From positions 8,496,001-8,560,000 of the forward strand of contig CM075988.1 in the NCBI GenBank assembly GCA_038087875.1: 64,000 nucleotides of DNA, read 5' to 3'. Made by a program: the position numbers and the translations under genes. Shown in pieces: positions 51,701 through 64,000 of the stretch. The number at the start of each line of letters is the position of its first letter. Position 1 is the stretch's first letter. This DNA comes from Malacoraja senta. Taxonomy: Eukaryota. Below the pieces are notes generated by a model. That model saw nothing but the letters and a program-made list of their open reading frames with translations. It made no database searches and was not told the DNA's origin.

Positions 51701-53749
51701 CACAAAGTGCAGGAGTAACTCAGCGGATTAGGCAGCATCTCATTCTCCTTCCATTTCTCCAAAGATGCTGCCTGACCTGCTGAGTTACTCCAGCGCTTTG
51801 TTAGTATGGGTGTCAGAGGTTATCTTGATTAGTACAGGTGTCAGAGGTTATGGGGAGAAGGCAGGAGAATGGTATTAGGAGGGATAGATAGATCATCCAT
51901 GATTGAATGGCAGAGTGGACTTGATGGGCCGAATGGCCTAATTCTGCTCACATCACTTATGATCTTATGATCTATCTTCTGAATCCTGGCCCCTGGCCTT
52001 TTTCTCCCAACGTTGTTGTTTTGACTTCTCTATGCTGTTGCCCTCCCTTCAAAACCTAAACAGATAATTACAGGACAATCAACTTCAGTCCTGCAGACGC
52101 CGAGAGAAAATAAGAGAGTCAGTCTGGTTGAAAACAAGCAGAATTGCTTCTGAAATTCTCTGAGATTGTTTGCGAATCCTGACCGCCATTTTGCGATCTT
52201 CCAGCTGAGCCAATTTCAGCGTGTTGTCAGTAATTATTTGGGAAATCAGAGAGAGGGGATAACTGCACAAAGCGTGGTAGTGTGTTGAAGTCCCGCCACT
52301 CTCTCATTTGTAGGGAGTGAATTGTCATCAAATATGAGAGCAGTGAAACTAATAAAAACCTATGATAATGCCTGCTTCCATGAGCACATTTATTCGGTTT
52401 CTATAATAAACTAGCAGTGAAGCAAAGCGTGTCCCTGAGCGTCTCATTTACTACCTCTGACAATCCCTGCTCTCTCAATGAAAGCAGTCTAGCAGTGAGC
52501 CAGGTTTCTGGGAATTATATTCATCTTTTCCTCACACATGAATAGTGAAACTTCCAATATATCGTGAGGGATTTCCATTTCTATTTGGGGCAATTTTCAA
52601 TCTAATTTTTGTTCTGTGTGAGGTCGAAGATATTATTAAGGCATGGATATTGGAGTTCTGCGGGAACTATATCAAAAATTACAAACTCATTTGATCAATA
52701 CCATGAGCCCTAACAGAAGGCATCTGACAACTAGCAGTTTGTCTACACGTCAAGATAGATTGCATTTCAAAGTGTCCAGTGTATGAAGCATTTGGAATGT
52801 TACTGTGTCCCTGATTTGTTCAATAGTAAGGCCATTACTGAAGCTGAGAAGAATAACACCATGATTTGATATGAAATCTGATCCCTATGAAGCATTCCTA
52901 AGCCGACAGCACATAAGGATGAGTGAAAGGCGATGTTAAGATAGGTGACTTGATGACTGCTCAAAGGAGGCAAAGTTTTTCGAAAGCTCTTAAAAAAAGG
53001 AGTGGGAGATGGAAAAGGAGACGAATTAGGAAGGGAATTGTATCAGGGGTGGCTTAAGAAATCAGACCGATATTCTTTGGAGTACAGGAGAAGAGGGGCT
53101 ACCTTATTGTAACATTTACAATCCTTAGGGAGCACGACAGAATAGATGTCAAAATGTTTCCAGTAGTGGGGGAATCTCAAACGAGGGTAATAGCTACAAG
53201 ATTAAGGGGTGACCATTTAAAACTGAAGCGTATAGATCATTTTTACAAAGGATGGTGAAATTCAGGAGCCAGAATGGTGTGGAGAAAGGGATGTTTATAG
53301 AGGAAGTAGAAAGATCAGGATATTGAGGGGTCAAGGAGAACTGGAGATGAGACTTGGGTCTGATAAGCATGGTGTAGGAAAGAACTGCAGATGCTGGTTT
53401 AAACTGAAGATAGACACAAAATGCTGTAGTAACTCAGCGAGACAGGCAGCATCTCTGCAGAGAAGGAATGGGTGACGTTTCGGGTTGAGATCCTTCTTCA
53501 GACTGATAAGCCTTGATGATATTGAATGGTGGGGCAGGCTTCAGCGGTCGAGTGGCCTTATTCTACTACTATTTTCCTGTGTTTCTATAGATGGACCCAG
53601 GGCACCATTGATATTGCACACATTTTCAGTGTTAGAGATCTGAAGATTTCAGGTATGTCAGTAACTGGAGTAAATTTAAGAGATGAAGATGAACAAGGTC
53701 ACAAGAAGGCGAGAAATGAGGTGTAGAAAGATGGGAATTCACGCAGGGG

Positions 53750-54008
53750 TGGAGTTGCTGCCTTACAGGGCCAGAGACCCGGGTTCCATGGTGCATGGAG
53801 TTTGTACACTCTTCCTGTGACCACGTGGATTTTCTCCAGTGGCTCCGGTTTCCTCCCACACTCCAAAGACGTACAGGTTTGTAGGTCAATTAGCTTTGGT
53901 AAAATTATATATTGTCCCTTGTGTGTAGGATGCTGTTACTGTATGGGGCGATCACTGGTCAGCGCATATTGGGTGGGCCGAAGGAACAGTTTCTGTGCTT
54001 ATCTCTAG
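53750..54008 (+). mobile_element. tRNA-derived SINE
   Basis: Same consensus. Confidence 0.8.
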
Positions 54009-54039
54009 TTCAACGTCATCTAGTGAAGTTCCATGTACA

Positions 54040-54240
54040 TAGACACAAAATGCTGGAGTAACTCAGGGGGACAGGCAGCATCTCTGGAGAGACAGAATAG
54101 TCAGTTTGAAGTTTGAAGAAGGGTCTCGACCCGAAATGTCACCTATTCCTTCTCTACAGAGATGCTGCCTGTCCCGCTGAGTTACTCCAGCATTTTGTGC
54201 CTATCTTCAGTTTAAATCAGCATCCGCAGTTACTTCCTAC
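54040..54240. repeat. Palindromic Penelope-derived repeat
   Basis: Same family with inverted arms; contains GAAGAAGGGTCTCGACCCGAAATGTC. Confidence 0.85.
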
Positions 54241-54559
54241 GAGGCTCCATGTAATGTGGACATATCTGAGATATTAACCGGACATTAAGCGAAATTCAGT
54301 TGGGGAAAGGAACTTGCAGGTCCCAGAGTTAGGAACATTTAACCACATCCCCTTTTCCTTTGAGTAAAATGAAAGGATATGTCCATCAGTGGGCTGCTTG
54401 CAAGAATGCAGAACGTCACAGGGTGTACACAACAACTCATTCAGCAAGTGCCTGTTGGTGTCGAGTCTCAGGCAGTGGGAATGGTTTAAGTTGTGGGTGG
54501 AGGTAGCCAGATGAGAACCAAAGGAAGTGTGTGGGAAGGAACTGCAGATGCTGGTTTAC

Positions 54560-54992
54560 ATTACGATACGATACAATACGATATGATAGAACTTTATTCA
54601 TGCCCGGAGGGAAATTGGTCTGCCAACAGTCACAACACACAACAAGGTACACGAAAACTTGAAATTAAAATAAAAGTTAGAAAAAAAAGAAAAAGACAAG
54701 CGACTGTTGTCTGGCTGCCTTGTGCACAGCGCCTGAAATGGAATGAACAAATAAACAAACAAACAAACACAGACGTGTCCCCTGGGCAGAGGATTTAAAA
54801 ACTAGAGTGCCCAACCTTCCCCACACCGAGCCCCCCTTTGTTCTCCCACCGTCCCTCACGGCGGTCTCCCCATGCCGGGTCCTCCATTGTTCATCACGGC
54901 GGTCCTCCCACACAGACCAATTGTCTTCCCCTCCCCCCTCACGCTCATCGAACGCTGATCAAGGGTCGATCACGAGCGCCCATCGCCGAAAG
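54560..54992 (-). mobile_element. Non-coding retroposon with an (ATCGT)n tail, nested in a palindromic-family element
   Basis: The host repeat breaks after GATGCTGGTTTACA and resumes near ACACAAAATGCTGG. The tail motif recurs at about 57400-57473. Confidence 0.6.
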
Positions 54993-56987
54993 TAAACACA
55001 AAATGCTGGAGTAACTCAGCGGGAGAGGCAGCAACTCTGGAGAGAAGGAATAGGTGACATTTTTCGGGTTGAAGCTAAAGCAGGGTCTTGACCTAAAAAG
55101 TCACCCATTCCTTCTCTCCAGAGATGCTGCCTGTCCCACTGAGTTACTCCAGCATTTTGTGTCTTCCTTCGATGAGAACCAAAGGAAAATGAGCTTGTGT
55201 GCTCCTCCCAGTGGCTGCCTCAAGAACTGTCTACTGGAATTTGTTCCAAATTGGGGGGGGGGGATAATTTTTTTTAAAATAATTGATTTTTAAATGAAAC
55301 ACCAGATTGTAAGCCAAGGCTATTTCAGAAATACACGGCAATGAGTAAATCTGTGGCAGATTTATTATTTGACAATCTTTTTCAAAGATCTCAATCAATC
55401 CTTTTACATTTCTAGTAACGTTGTTGCTATGGACTTGTGGCTACAATCAATTTTGATAAACTTGACTGTCAATCTCTTCTCCCGTTCCCTCCTCACCCTC
55501 CCCCCACTCCATTTACATGCAGAGAAATATCTGGTCACCTCACAAGTTTTCTGCATGATAATACCCTTTTGAACACACATGATGGAGTTTCTCTCTCTCT
55601 CTCTGGTTTAATATCGCAGGTTGGAGTTTGATTGCATTAGTCAGGACAGGTTCATTTATTTCTGCAGAGTCTCCTGAGATTGGTGGCCTTTGTGAGTCGG
55701 TCAGGTGACTGACACATTGGTTATAGGCATGGCCAGTTCTGAAGAGAACTATTCAGGAGCGGTTTCGTTTCAATCAGCTGAGAAATGTTGATTAATTTTT
55801 CGAAAAAGTGAATTGGAGAGATCTTCTAAGATAGTTGGAGGGGAGATGGAGCAAATGTGTTCTACCACACTTTCCTCTCCTGTCCTGAAGGTGCGGAATC
55901 TTTCGGGGACAGGACCTAGAATCAAAAGTCCGCCCGCTATTTCAGGTGGATGTAAATAATCCCAGAGCATCATTTAAAAAGGATTTCTCTAAGGTGTGCG
56001 AGCCATCGATTCAATCTTCGATCACAACCTTTGAAGTAGATTATTTGATCAGTGTCATGTAGCCTTTTGTAAGACTATGCTGTACATTGGCTGCTGTGCT
56101 TTCTAGAAAATGCAAAGAGCAGGGGAGGTACAGTCAAGGTGGCTTAAATGTTGTGAGTAATGAGCACTTTGACCACCAGCATTATCAAGGACCAGCCTCA
56201 CCCACCTTCTTCTCCCCTCTCCCATCAGGCAAGAGGTACAGAAGTGTGAAAACACACACATCTCCTGATTCAGGGACAGTTTCTTCCCAGCCATTATAAG
56301 GCAACTGAACCGTCCTCTCAACAAATAGAGAGCTGTCCTGAGCTACCATCTACCTCACTGGAGACCCTTGGGCTATCTTTAATAGGGCGTGGATGAGAAA
56401 GTAGAACGAGTATGAACAGATGATCGATGGTCAGCATGTACTTAGTGGGCCGAAGGGCCAGTTTACATGCTGCATTTCCAAACTAAACTAAAGTATTCTT
56501 CTCTTAAAATCTAGATTTTGTTTCACATGGTGAAGTACCTAATAATGTACCTACAAGCCCAGAGCTAATGGTGAGGATGGAGAAACTTGAGGGTTAAAAA
56601 ACACTTGTGGTCAATGTTCAGTATTGTTTCACTCCCCCGACGTAAAATCCAGATGACGTGATAAAGTAACAGTTTCATTTTGCATCCATTGTTATCTTTG
56701 CTGGCAATTGAACAAAGCAAAGGTAAAAGTCAATGGATGTGTGCAACCATGAGGAAATAACTGGTGCCAACTACCATTTCCTCAGAGGCTGTTATAACTG
56801 TACAAACTGAAGATAGACACAATTAGCTGGAGTAACTCAGCAGATCAGAGACGATCAGTTCGAGACCCGAAACGTCACCTATTCCTTTCCTCGAGTGATG
56901 CTGTCTGACCTGCTGAGTTACTCCAGCTTTTTGTGTCTATCGTCGGTTTGAACCAGCGTCCGCAGTTCCTTCCTACACGTAACTGTA

Positions 56988-57273
56988 CAAACACCCTCCG
57001 ACCTACGATAGACGTAGATCGGCAGAAGGATGCACGCCATAGAAAGTGTCCCAATAGTGAGACGGAACTCAAGCCAGCAATGGTGGCAGTGCTTACCCAG
57101 AAGGCTGTGCGCCGCAGAAAGTGCTCTGGACGTAGCCTGATGCTGCTGAGTTATTTAATACTCTCAGTGAGGCTTTTCGGGAAGGGGATGGAGATGGTGT
57201 TTCCGACTTAAGTAAAATCTGACTTACATAACCCTGACAGAATGTAACCCTGACATAAGTCGGGAAGTGCCTG
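56988..57273. mobile_element. Tc1/mariner-pogo (Tigger-like) MITE, degenerate
   Basis: TA-CAAACACCCTCCGACCTACG ... CATAAGTCGGGAAGTGCCTG-TA: imperfect TIRs with TA flanks. Confidence 0.6.
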
Positions 57274-57610
57274 TATTGTGGATCAGATCTTGTATGTCCC
57301 CAATGTCTTCCAGTCCTTCACCCAACCCTGATCTTTGCTCAGTTTCATCACATATCACTAGTAGATGTCCCCTCGGCTGCCAAGACAACAAGACATAATA
57401 TAGAACTTTATTTATCCCAGAAGGGAAATTGGTCTAAATAAATTTCTATCGTATTGTATCGTATCGTTATCGTAGTCAATAAGTTCTTCACCTTCCCACC
57501 ACTCTTTCCTTTTTTATATTCCACGAAACTTAGATGGGCACAAATAGCTGGAGTAATTCAGCGGGACAGGTAGCATCTCTGGAGAGAAGGAATGGGTGAC
57601 GTTTCGGGTT

Positions 57611-58142
57611 ACATAGATACATAGAAAATAGGTGCAGGAGTAGGCCATTCGGCCCTTCGAGCCTGCACCGCCATTCAATATGATCATGGCTGATCATCCA
57701 ACTCAGTATCCCGTACCTGCCTTCTCTCCATACCCCCTGATCCCTTTAGCCACAAGGGCCACATCTAACTCCCTCTTAAATATAGCCAATGAACTGGCGT
57801 CAACTACCCTCTGTGGCAGAGAGTTCCAGAGATTCACCACTCTCTGTGTGAAAAAGTTTTTCCTCTTCTCGGTCTTAAAGGATTTCCCCCTTATCCTTAA
57901 GCTGTGACCCCTTGTCCTGGACTTCCCCAACATCGGGAACAATCTTCCTGTATCTAGCCTGTCCAACCCCATAAGAATTTTGTACGTTTCTATAAGATCC
58001 CCTCTCAATCTCCTAAATTCTAGCGAGTATAAGCCAAGTCTATCCAGTCTTTCTTCATATGAAAGTCCTGACATCCCAGGAATCAGTCTGGTCAACCTTC
58101 TCTGCACTCCCTCTATGGCTATAATGTCCTTCCTCAGATTTG
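57611..58142 (-). mobile_element. CR1 LINE 3' fragment (young), inserted in a palindromic-family element
   Basis: Open frame PNLRKDIIAIEGVQRRLTRLIPG...TRGHSLRIRG...GYGEKAGTGY. The host repeat breaks at TTTCGGGTT and resumes at GGTTGAGAC. Confidence 0.92.
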
Positions 58143-60544
58143 GTTGAGACACTTCTTCATCCCACAACCACAAAACTTAGACCACTGACAAGCATTTGAT
58201 CATCTGTGTAGGAAGGAACTGCAGATGCTGGTTAAACCGAAGATAGACACAAAAAGCTGGCAGCATCTCTCTACACCATCGTCTATATCTCCCGTTTCCC
58301 TTTCCCGTGACTTTCAGTCTGAAGAAAGGTCTTGACCCGAAACGTCACCCGTTCCTTCTCTCCAGAGATGCTGCCTGTCCCGCTGAGTTACTCCAGCTTT
58401 TTGTGTCTATACTGTATTTGATCATCTCGTTCATTATTTTGTGTTCTGTGTCAAATTTTGCTGGGTAAAGTTCCCACGAAACACATTGTTCAATTTACAG
58501 TGCTCAGAGGTGCTATGCAAGTTATTGCTACCATACTAACCAACCACCAGTCTGGACTAAGCTGTCCAGGAATATTAAAGCTTAAAATGGATAGCCACGG
58601 TTAATTTCCCAAGCGCGTGCCTGCAATAAGATGTCTAGCCTGTTAAAGTGGAACCACAAACCGCATCTGCCAGTCTCTTTCCACAGCAAGCCAGATATCA
58701 CAAACAGTGTCCTTAAAACTCCTCAACTTAAATAAAAGCCCACTAAATCTGTTCTGTCCATGTACCTGTCTAAATGTTTCTTAAACGCTATGATAATACC
58801 TACTTCAACTACCTCCTCAAGCAGCTCATTCCATACACTTGCCACACTTTGTATAAAAAAGTTACCCCTCAGGTTCCTATTATATCTTTCTCCCCCTTAC
58901 CTTAAACATATGTCCTTTGATTCTCAATTCCCCTACACTAGGCAAAAGAGTACTCTAGGCATGTGTCTACTCAAACTATTCCTCTCATGATCTCATCTAT
59001 TCCCCCTATTCCTTTCAGTAAGATTTTCAATCATCACCATACAATGATCACCTCATGACCTTGCACCCTCTTCTGCCTCATACGAGCGTTATCTCAGGCT
59101 GGGAAGATGGTGTTTATTGCAGATAGACCTATCCTTAAAGGCATTCGTATGTTCCTGGGGCTCTTTTCCTGAAGTGGAGTTATGCAGTGTACACAAACTG
59201 CGCTGTACTTTGGCAACCATGCCTTAAGCAGGCTGTTTACAGACAGGACTCAGCTGGAAGCCCCTTAAGACCTCTTATCCTCGGAGTCCGCTCCTTCCTT
59301 TCTTTTGTGAATGTATCATCCTGCGAACAATGGCAAGAGACAGACGTGGTAAATTGGCGTGTGATCAGTGACACTCCTACTGATTGTCTCCCTTTACCTC
59401 CAATATCATGGACCCAGATGGCTTAATACATAATGTAAGAGTAGGCTGGGGGTTTATAATTGGTTTCCATTGTTTCACAGCCAGTCATGGCCACCCCATC
59501 TCTCTCATCCCCTATTAACTCCGGCACAAACACTCCTTCTACTTAATTAAGCTCAGCTTTGATGGTCTCCTTCGCAATGAGCTTCCGTCCCCAAACCTGC
59601 CACACACACATGGGCTTCTACCTGTTACCCGTTCTCCCCTCGCTCCTCATTCACCTCCCACTGGGGTGGCAGCTGCCAGCGATCGTGGGCCCCGGAGGGA
59701 GAAAGTGATATATGTTGTTGGGAAACAGTCTTTTAAAAGATGCGCAATGGGATCTTAATACACCCCAACTGCTAATCTGTTTTTTCGCACGTGCGGCCTC
59801 TCCATTGTTTAAGCCATTTCTGATGGTTTTTTGCTTTCACTTTTCGCCAGGCTGTAACTTGCAGTCCCTCTGTTTGTGTTAGCAAGCAGCTGCATCCGAA
59901 CATATGTTTTAGTTATTGTAACCTCTGCTGACCTGCCAGTTATAATTAGAGGCTTCTGCTTCTCCCCATTGTTGGGGAGTACTTGCAGTGTTGTTTTTAT
60001 TTGTTCTCTTGCTGTTTGGCTGACAATTATTTGAACATCTTGGCTCAATTATATGATAAAAAAAGAGCTGGATTTGACGTGCCTCTTTAACAGTCATTTT
60101 CATCGACTGAACTCTTTTAATAGTACATTTCACCCCGAGTATTCTTTTCATTGTGGAATCTTGTCACGGGAACTTTTCAATACTGATTCACCGCTTGAAT
60201 TCCTGTGATGCAGAATCACCATTCAAACTGCTTTTGACACTTAATCATAATGACAATACCTTTTCATATTGAAGCTCTTCGTAGGGTAAAATTTTTAATA
60301 TTGCATCACTATTGTTGCTATCTTTTATACTAGAAGTCTCATTTATTTTGAGGAAGTACTAGGGAGATTCTTTTTGTTAATCGATGGACTATTCTTCCCA
60401 CACTCTCATTGTTCATGCAAGAAGTGACTGGAGGATTTTTGGATCACTAAGGATGGGACGATGGGTGCTTGGATATTTTTTAAAGAGCTGGGTTTATTAA
60501 AGGGGGCGCGTCACTTCTATGAGAAGCAAGAATAGACAAAGAGA

Positions 60545-60895
60545 CACAAGGAACTGCAGATGTCGGCTTACAAAAAAAAAAGACTCCTGCTACAGATAGA
60601 CACAACTTGCTGGAGTAACTCAGCGGGAAAAACATGCATCTCTGGAGAGAAGGAATGGGTGATGTTTTGGGTCGAGACCCTTCTTCAGACTGGTCCTTTA
60701 GTCTGAAGGTGGGTCTTGACCTGAGACATCACCCTTTCCTTCTCTCCAGAGATGCTGCCTGACCTGCTGAGTTACTCCAGTATTTTGTGTCTATCTTCGG
60801 GGTCAACCAGCATCTGCTGTTCGTTATTACACGTTATGTATCCATGTTCTCCAGAGATGCTGCCTGAATTACTCCAGCACTTTGTGTCTTCTTTT
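60545..60895. repeat. Palindromic Penelope-derived repeat with an extra partial arm
   Basis: Inverted arms around CTTCAGACT-ggtcctttt-like spacer-AGTCTGAAG, plus a third partial arm at about 60840-60895. Confidence 0.8.
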
Positions 60896-62626
60896 TGCAC
60901 GGAGCGAGTAGCACTGAGAGGAGGGAACCCATTAAGTGTCATTGGCGATGATACTCGTTGAAAATGCACCCGAAGGTTTTAACCAGCAGGAGGGGGTTGC
61001 TGCAGTAACACATGCCAACAACTGCTCATCCTCCTTAACCTGAAATATTCTCCATCATCATCTGAGTACCAGGGAAGCTCATATACACAATGCAAGACCT
61101 TTGCGAACAATCACACCTCACCAGAATTCTAAACTTCCATCTGAAGTCCATCCTGGCACATAAAGCAAATAAGAGTACAGGCCATTCAGATCCTTTAGTG
61201 TCTTCCAGCAAAGCAACAGCTTTAGCATCGCTCTCTATTGAGAAGCACAGCTGGGGGAGAGGTGGCTATAATGCGAACCCAAATAAAAATAAGGGGACAT
61301 TTCACAGGGAACTGGGTGACAAGTAAAGAAATTGGAACTTTGACTTTGAAAATGGCGGCAAAACATGGCGGCGCCAGCATGTGTAAATATGCAAAAAGAA
61401 TAAGAATAAATAAAAACAAAGAACCATTGAACGATTGAAAAATTAAGTGGGCAGGTTTGCCTTATCATTTGTATTGCCAGCATCTTAAGCGTTCGCAATG
61501 GTTCAATGGTACTTTTTTGTCACATTTATCGAGGTACAATGAAATTTCTTATTTTTGCATACAGGTATTAAATCATCCTCACGTTCACATTTAAATCATC
61601 CTTACATTCAGATATTATTTATTCGAGATCAAATATTTCTGCGTAAATAGTTAAACCAGTACTTCCAGTAGATTTATACAATGCTCTTTCCACGTTGTAC
61701 TAATGATTCATCAGCGTAAAACTTAAATCATCAAAAGTGACCATCTTTACAATTCTAAAACAGCAACATGGAAAAATAAGATGTGCTGTATAGATAGACA
61801 CAAAAAACTGGACTAACTCAGCAGGTCAGACAGCATCTCCGGATAAAGGGTCTGAAGAAAGGTCTTGACCCTAAACATCACCTATTCCTTTTCTCCAGAG
61901 ACGCTGGCTGACCCGCTGAGTTACTCCGGCTTTTTGTGAATATCTTTGGTTTAAAGCAGCATCCACAGTTCGTCCCTACACATGTACTGTATTGGGCCCT
62001 TTGGAAAGCTATTTGTATTTGCTGAGATTCTGGCTAATATTTATTCTGCAATCAACATCAATGAAATAGCAATGAACTGACTATTATCTCAACACAGTTT
62101 CAATGATCTTTCTTGCACAAATTCACTGCCACATTACAATAATGATTAAGTTACTTATCGGCTATCGTGGGATGCCCAGAGGTACTGAGAGTATTGTAAC
62201 TCTTTACAAAGCCTTTAACAAAGAGCAGATCATTGAATGCATCCAAATGTACATCACTGGTGGCAAACATTGCAAATTCTGCCAAGTAACTCTCAGTGCA
62301 CCTCGCAAACAACAGTTTTCAAAATTGTTAATTGTTCCCTTTCTGACAGACAACGTTACAGAACTAATTTAGTTATAGAGTCATAGTCAAGAGTCAAGAG
62401 TCAAGAGTGTTTTATTGTCATGTGTCCCAGATAGAACAATGAAATTCTTACTTGCTGCAGCACAACAGAATATGTAAACATAGTAAACAATATGATAAAC
62501 AAGAGGGAAAAAAAGTACAGTGTGTATATGTTTAAGAAAGAACTGCAGATGCTGGAAAAATCGAAGGTAGACAAAACTGCTGGAGAAACTCAGCGGGTGA
62601 GGCAGCATCTATGAAGAGAAAGAATA

Positions 62627-62660
62627 GGTGACGTTTCGGGTCGAGACCCTTCTTCAGACT
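62627..62660 (-). ncRNA. Minimal hammerhead-ribozyme-like motif (best-preserved copy of the repeat consensus)
   Basis: The minus strand reads AGU-CUGAAGA-A-GGGU(CUCG)ACCC-GAAA-C-GUC-ACC. This has the core CUGANGA, stem II, GAAA, a palindromic ACGU in place of stem III, and a GUC triplet. Stem I is weak and activity is untested. Confidence 0.5.
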
Positions 62661-62684
62661 CTATTCAGTGTGTATATATATACA

Positions 62685-62884
62685 NNNNNNNNNNNNNNNN
62701 NNNNNNNNNNNNNNNNNNNNNNNNNNNNNNNNNNNNNNNNNNNNNNNNNNNNNNNNNNNNNNNNNNNNNNNNNNNNNNNNNNNNNNNNNNNNNNNNNNNN
62801 NNNNNNNNNNNNNNNNNNNNNNNNNNNNNNNNNNNNNNNNNNNNNNNNNNNNNNNNNNNNNNNNNNNNNNNNNNNNNNNNNNNN
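62685..62884. other. Assembly gap (200 N)
   Basis: Run of N. Confidence 1.
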
Positions 62885-64000
62885 GAGACAACAATGGGCC
62901 ACTAATTGTTCAAATACTGTCTGGGTCTTTTAGACCCACAAGGGCTATGATGATATACATACTGTAAGCATGAACCATTTAGTCTTGATCCTTATTATCA
63001 TATACATCCCTTGTCCGGCTAGGGCTGCTATTATGGTACGGTAAATTTAACACATACTGGAGTGTAATCTGATTGAAGTCAACAGTTTACCTTTCAATTT
63101 TTAATGGTGGAATTAGTAGTTGTGAAGTGCAAGCTTAGTTTGTTAAATGGCCAAAAACTCAAGGGATGAAGGAGATTACATCCCGAGCACATGCAATAGA
63201 ATTCACAAACGCTATGTGAACACAAAGCTGAGAAAAATCAGCCCATATCAAACACCATCCATAGTTCCCTAAGTCCTGAACAAATAGGCACTAACTGGAG
63301 AATAAACTAACAATTAGCATTTTCTGTGAAGGACATTAACTAAGTAAACAAGCCCGATGCAGATCTCCTTTACATCCTGTTTACTTGATTATGCCCTGAT
63401 GGTGCTGGGTGGTGGGTTTAGGTCAGACAGAACAGTGGGCTGTAGAAAGCTCCTCCGAGCACAAATAAACCCTGTAACACACAATCATAAGGGGAAACAA
63501 AAGGATGGGGAATCGATCAAAGGAAATCAGAAGCTAAGACAGAGTCACACAAGTTCAACTGTGCAAGATTGAACCCCCAGCATCGAAACTATCTCAAATG
63601 TTGATCTCAGGTTATGCTGCAGCTTGTTCCACATCGAGAAAAAGTGAAAATATTTACAACAGACTTTTCTTAAGATCAGGGTATCTAAATCAGTCAGTCA
63701 GCAGACAGTCAAGTACTTTTGAAATGTACTCCCTCTCCTTCAGGTAGGAATCACAGTGGCCAATTTGCAAAGTTGGATTCTACAACGAACAATGAAATAA
63801 GTAAACCGGTCATTTGTTTTCGGTGTTGGAAGGAACTAAATCCAGGAATAAATTAACAGTTCGCCTGGGGTTCCAAAACAATCAGTCAATGATCAAATCA
63901 CTTTCTTTAATGTTCCTGTCTCACAGAGTCATCGAGCATGGAAACAGGCCCTTCAGCCAATGCCAACCAAGATGCCCCCTAAGCTATTCCCATTTGCCCA
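62885..64000 (+). repeat. Near-identical copy of 50403-51520
   Basis: The ORF track gives the same 71-aa ORF at 50877 and 63357. By eye I found one 2-bp indel and two substitutions. Confidence 0.97.

Noticed and set aside
59809..60151. 79-80 aa minus-strand ORFs in unique sequence
   Set aside because: No recognisable motif; the length is compatible with chance.
62628..62967. ORFs spanning X runs
   Set aside because: Artefacts of the N gap.

Overview
This is eukaryotic, repeat-dense genomic DNA. The repeat families (CR1/HER1-type LINEs, HE1-type tRNA SINEs, Deu-domain SINE relics) point to a cartilaginous fish, probably a skate or ray; the taxon is an inference. The one host gene I recognise is ROBO3 on the minus strand. 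Its first coding exon (MLRYLLKTLLQMNLFADS..., 35507-35672) ends in a phase-1 GTGAGT donor, and I could not find exon 2 in the window, so bases 1-35.5 kb are probably intronic. Inside that intron is a candidate alternative first exon (15803-15887) encoding a classical signal peptide in the same splice phase. The rest is transposon-derived: a near-complete but disabled CR1 ORF2 (19.85-22.9 kb), many CR1 3' fragments and SINEs, and two PIF/Harbinger-type MITE families with TAA target duplications. There is also a decayed Harbinger Myb/SANT-gene relic, a Helitron-like composite carrying two minisatellites, and roughly 35 copies of a palindromic Penelope-derived repeat. That repeat carries a minimal hammerhead-ribozyme-like motif (CUGAAGA-stem-GAAA-C-GUC) and, in one copy, the end of a Penelope ORF. 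The last 1.1 kb, after a 200-N gap, nearly duplicates 50403-51520 and is probably an assembly artefact. Repeat boundaries were read by eye and are approximate.
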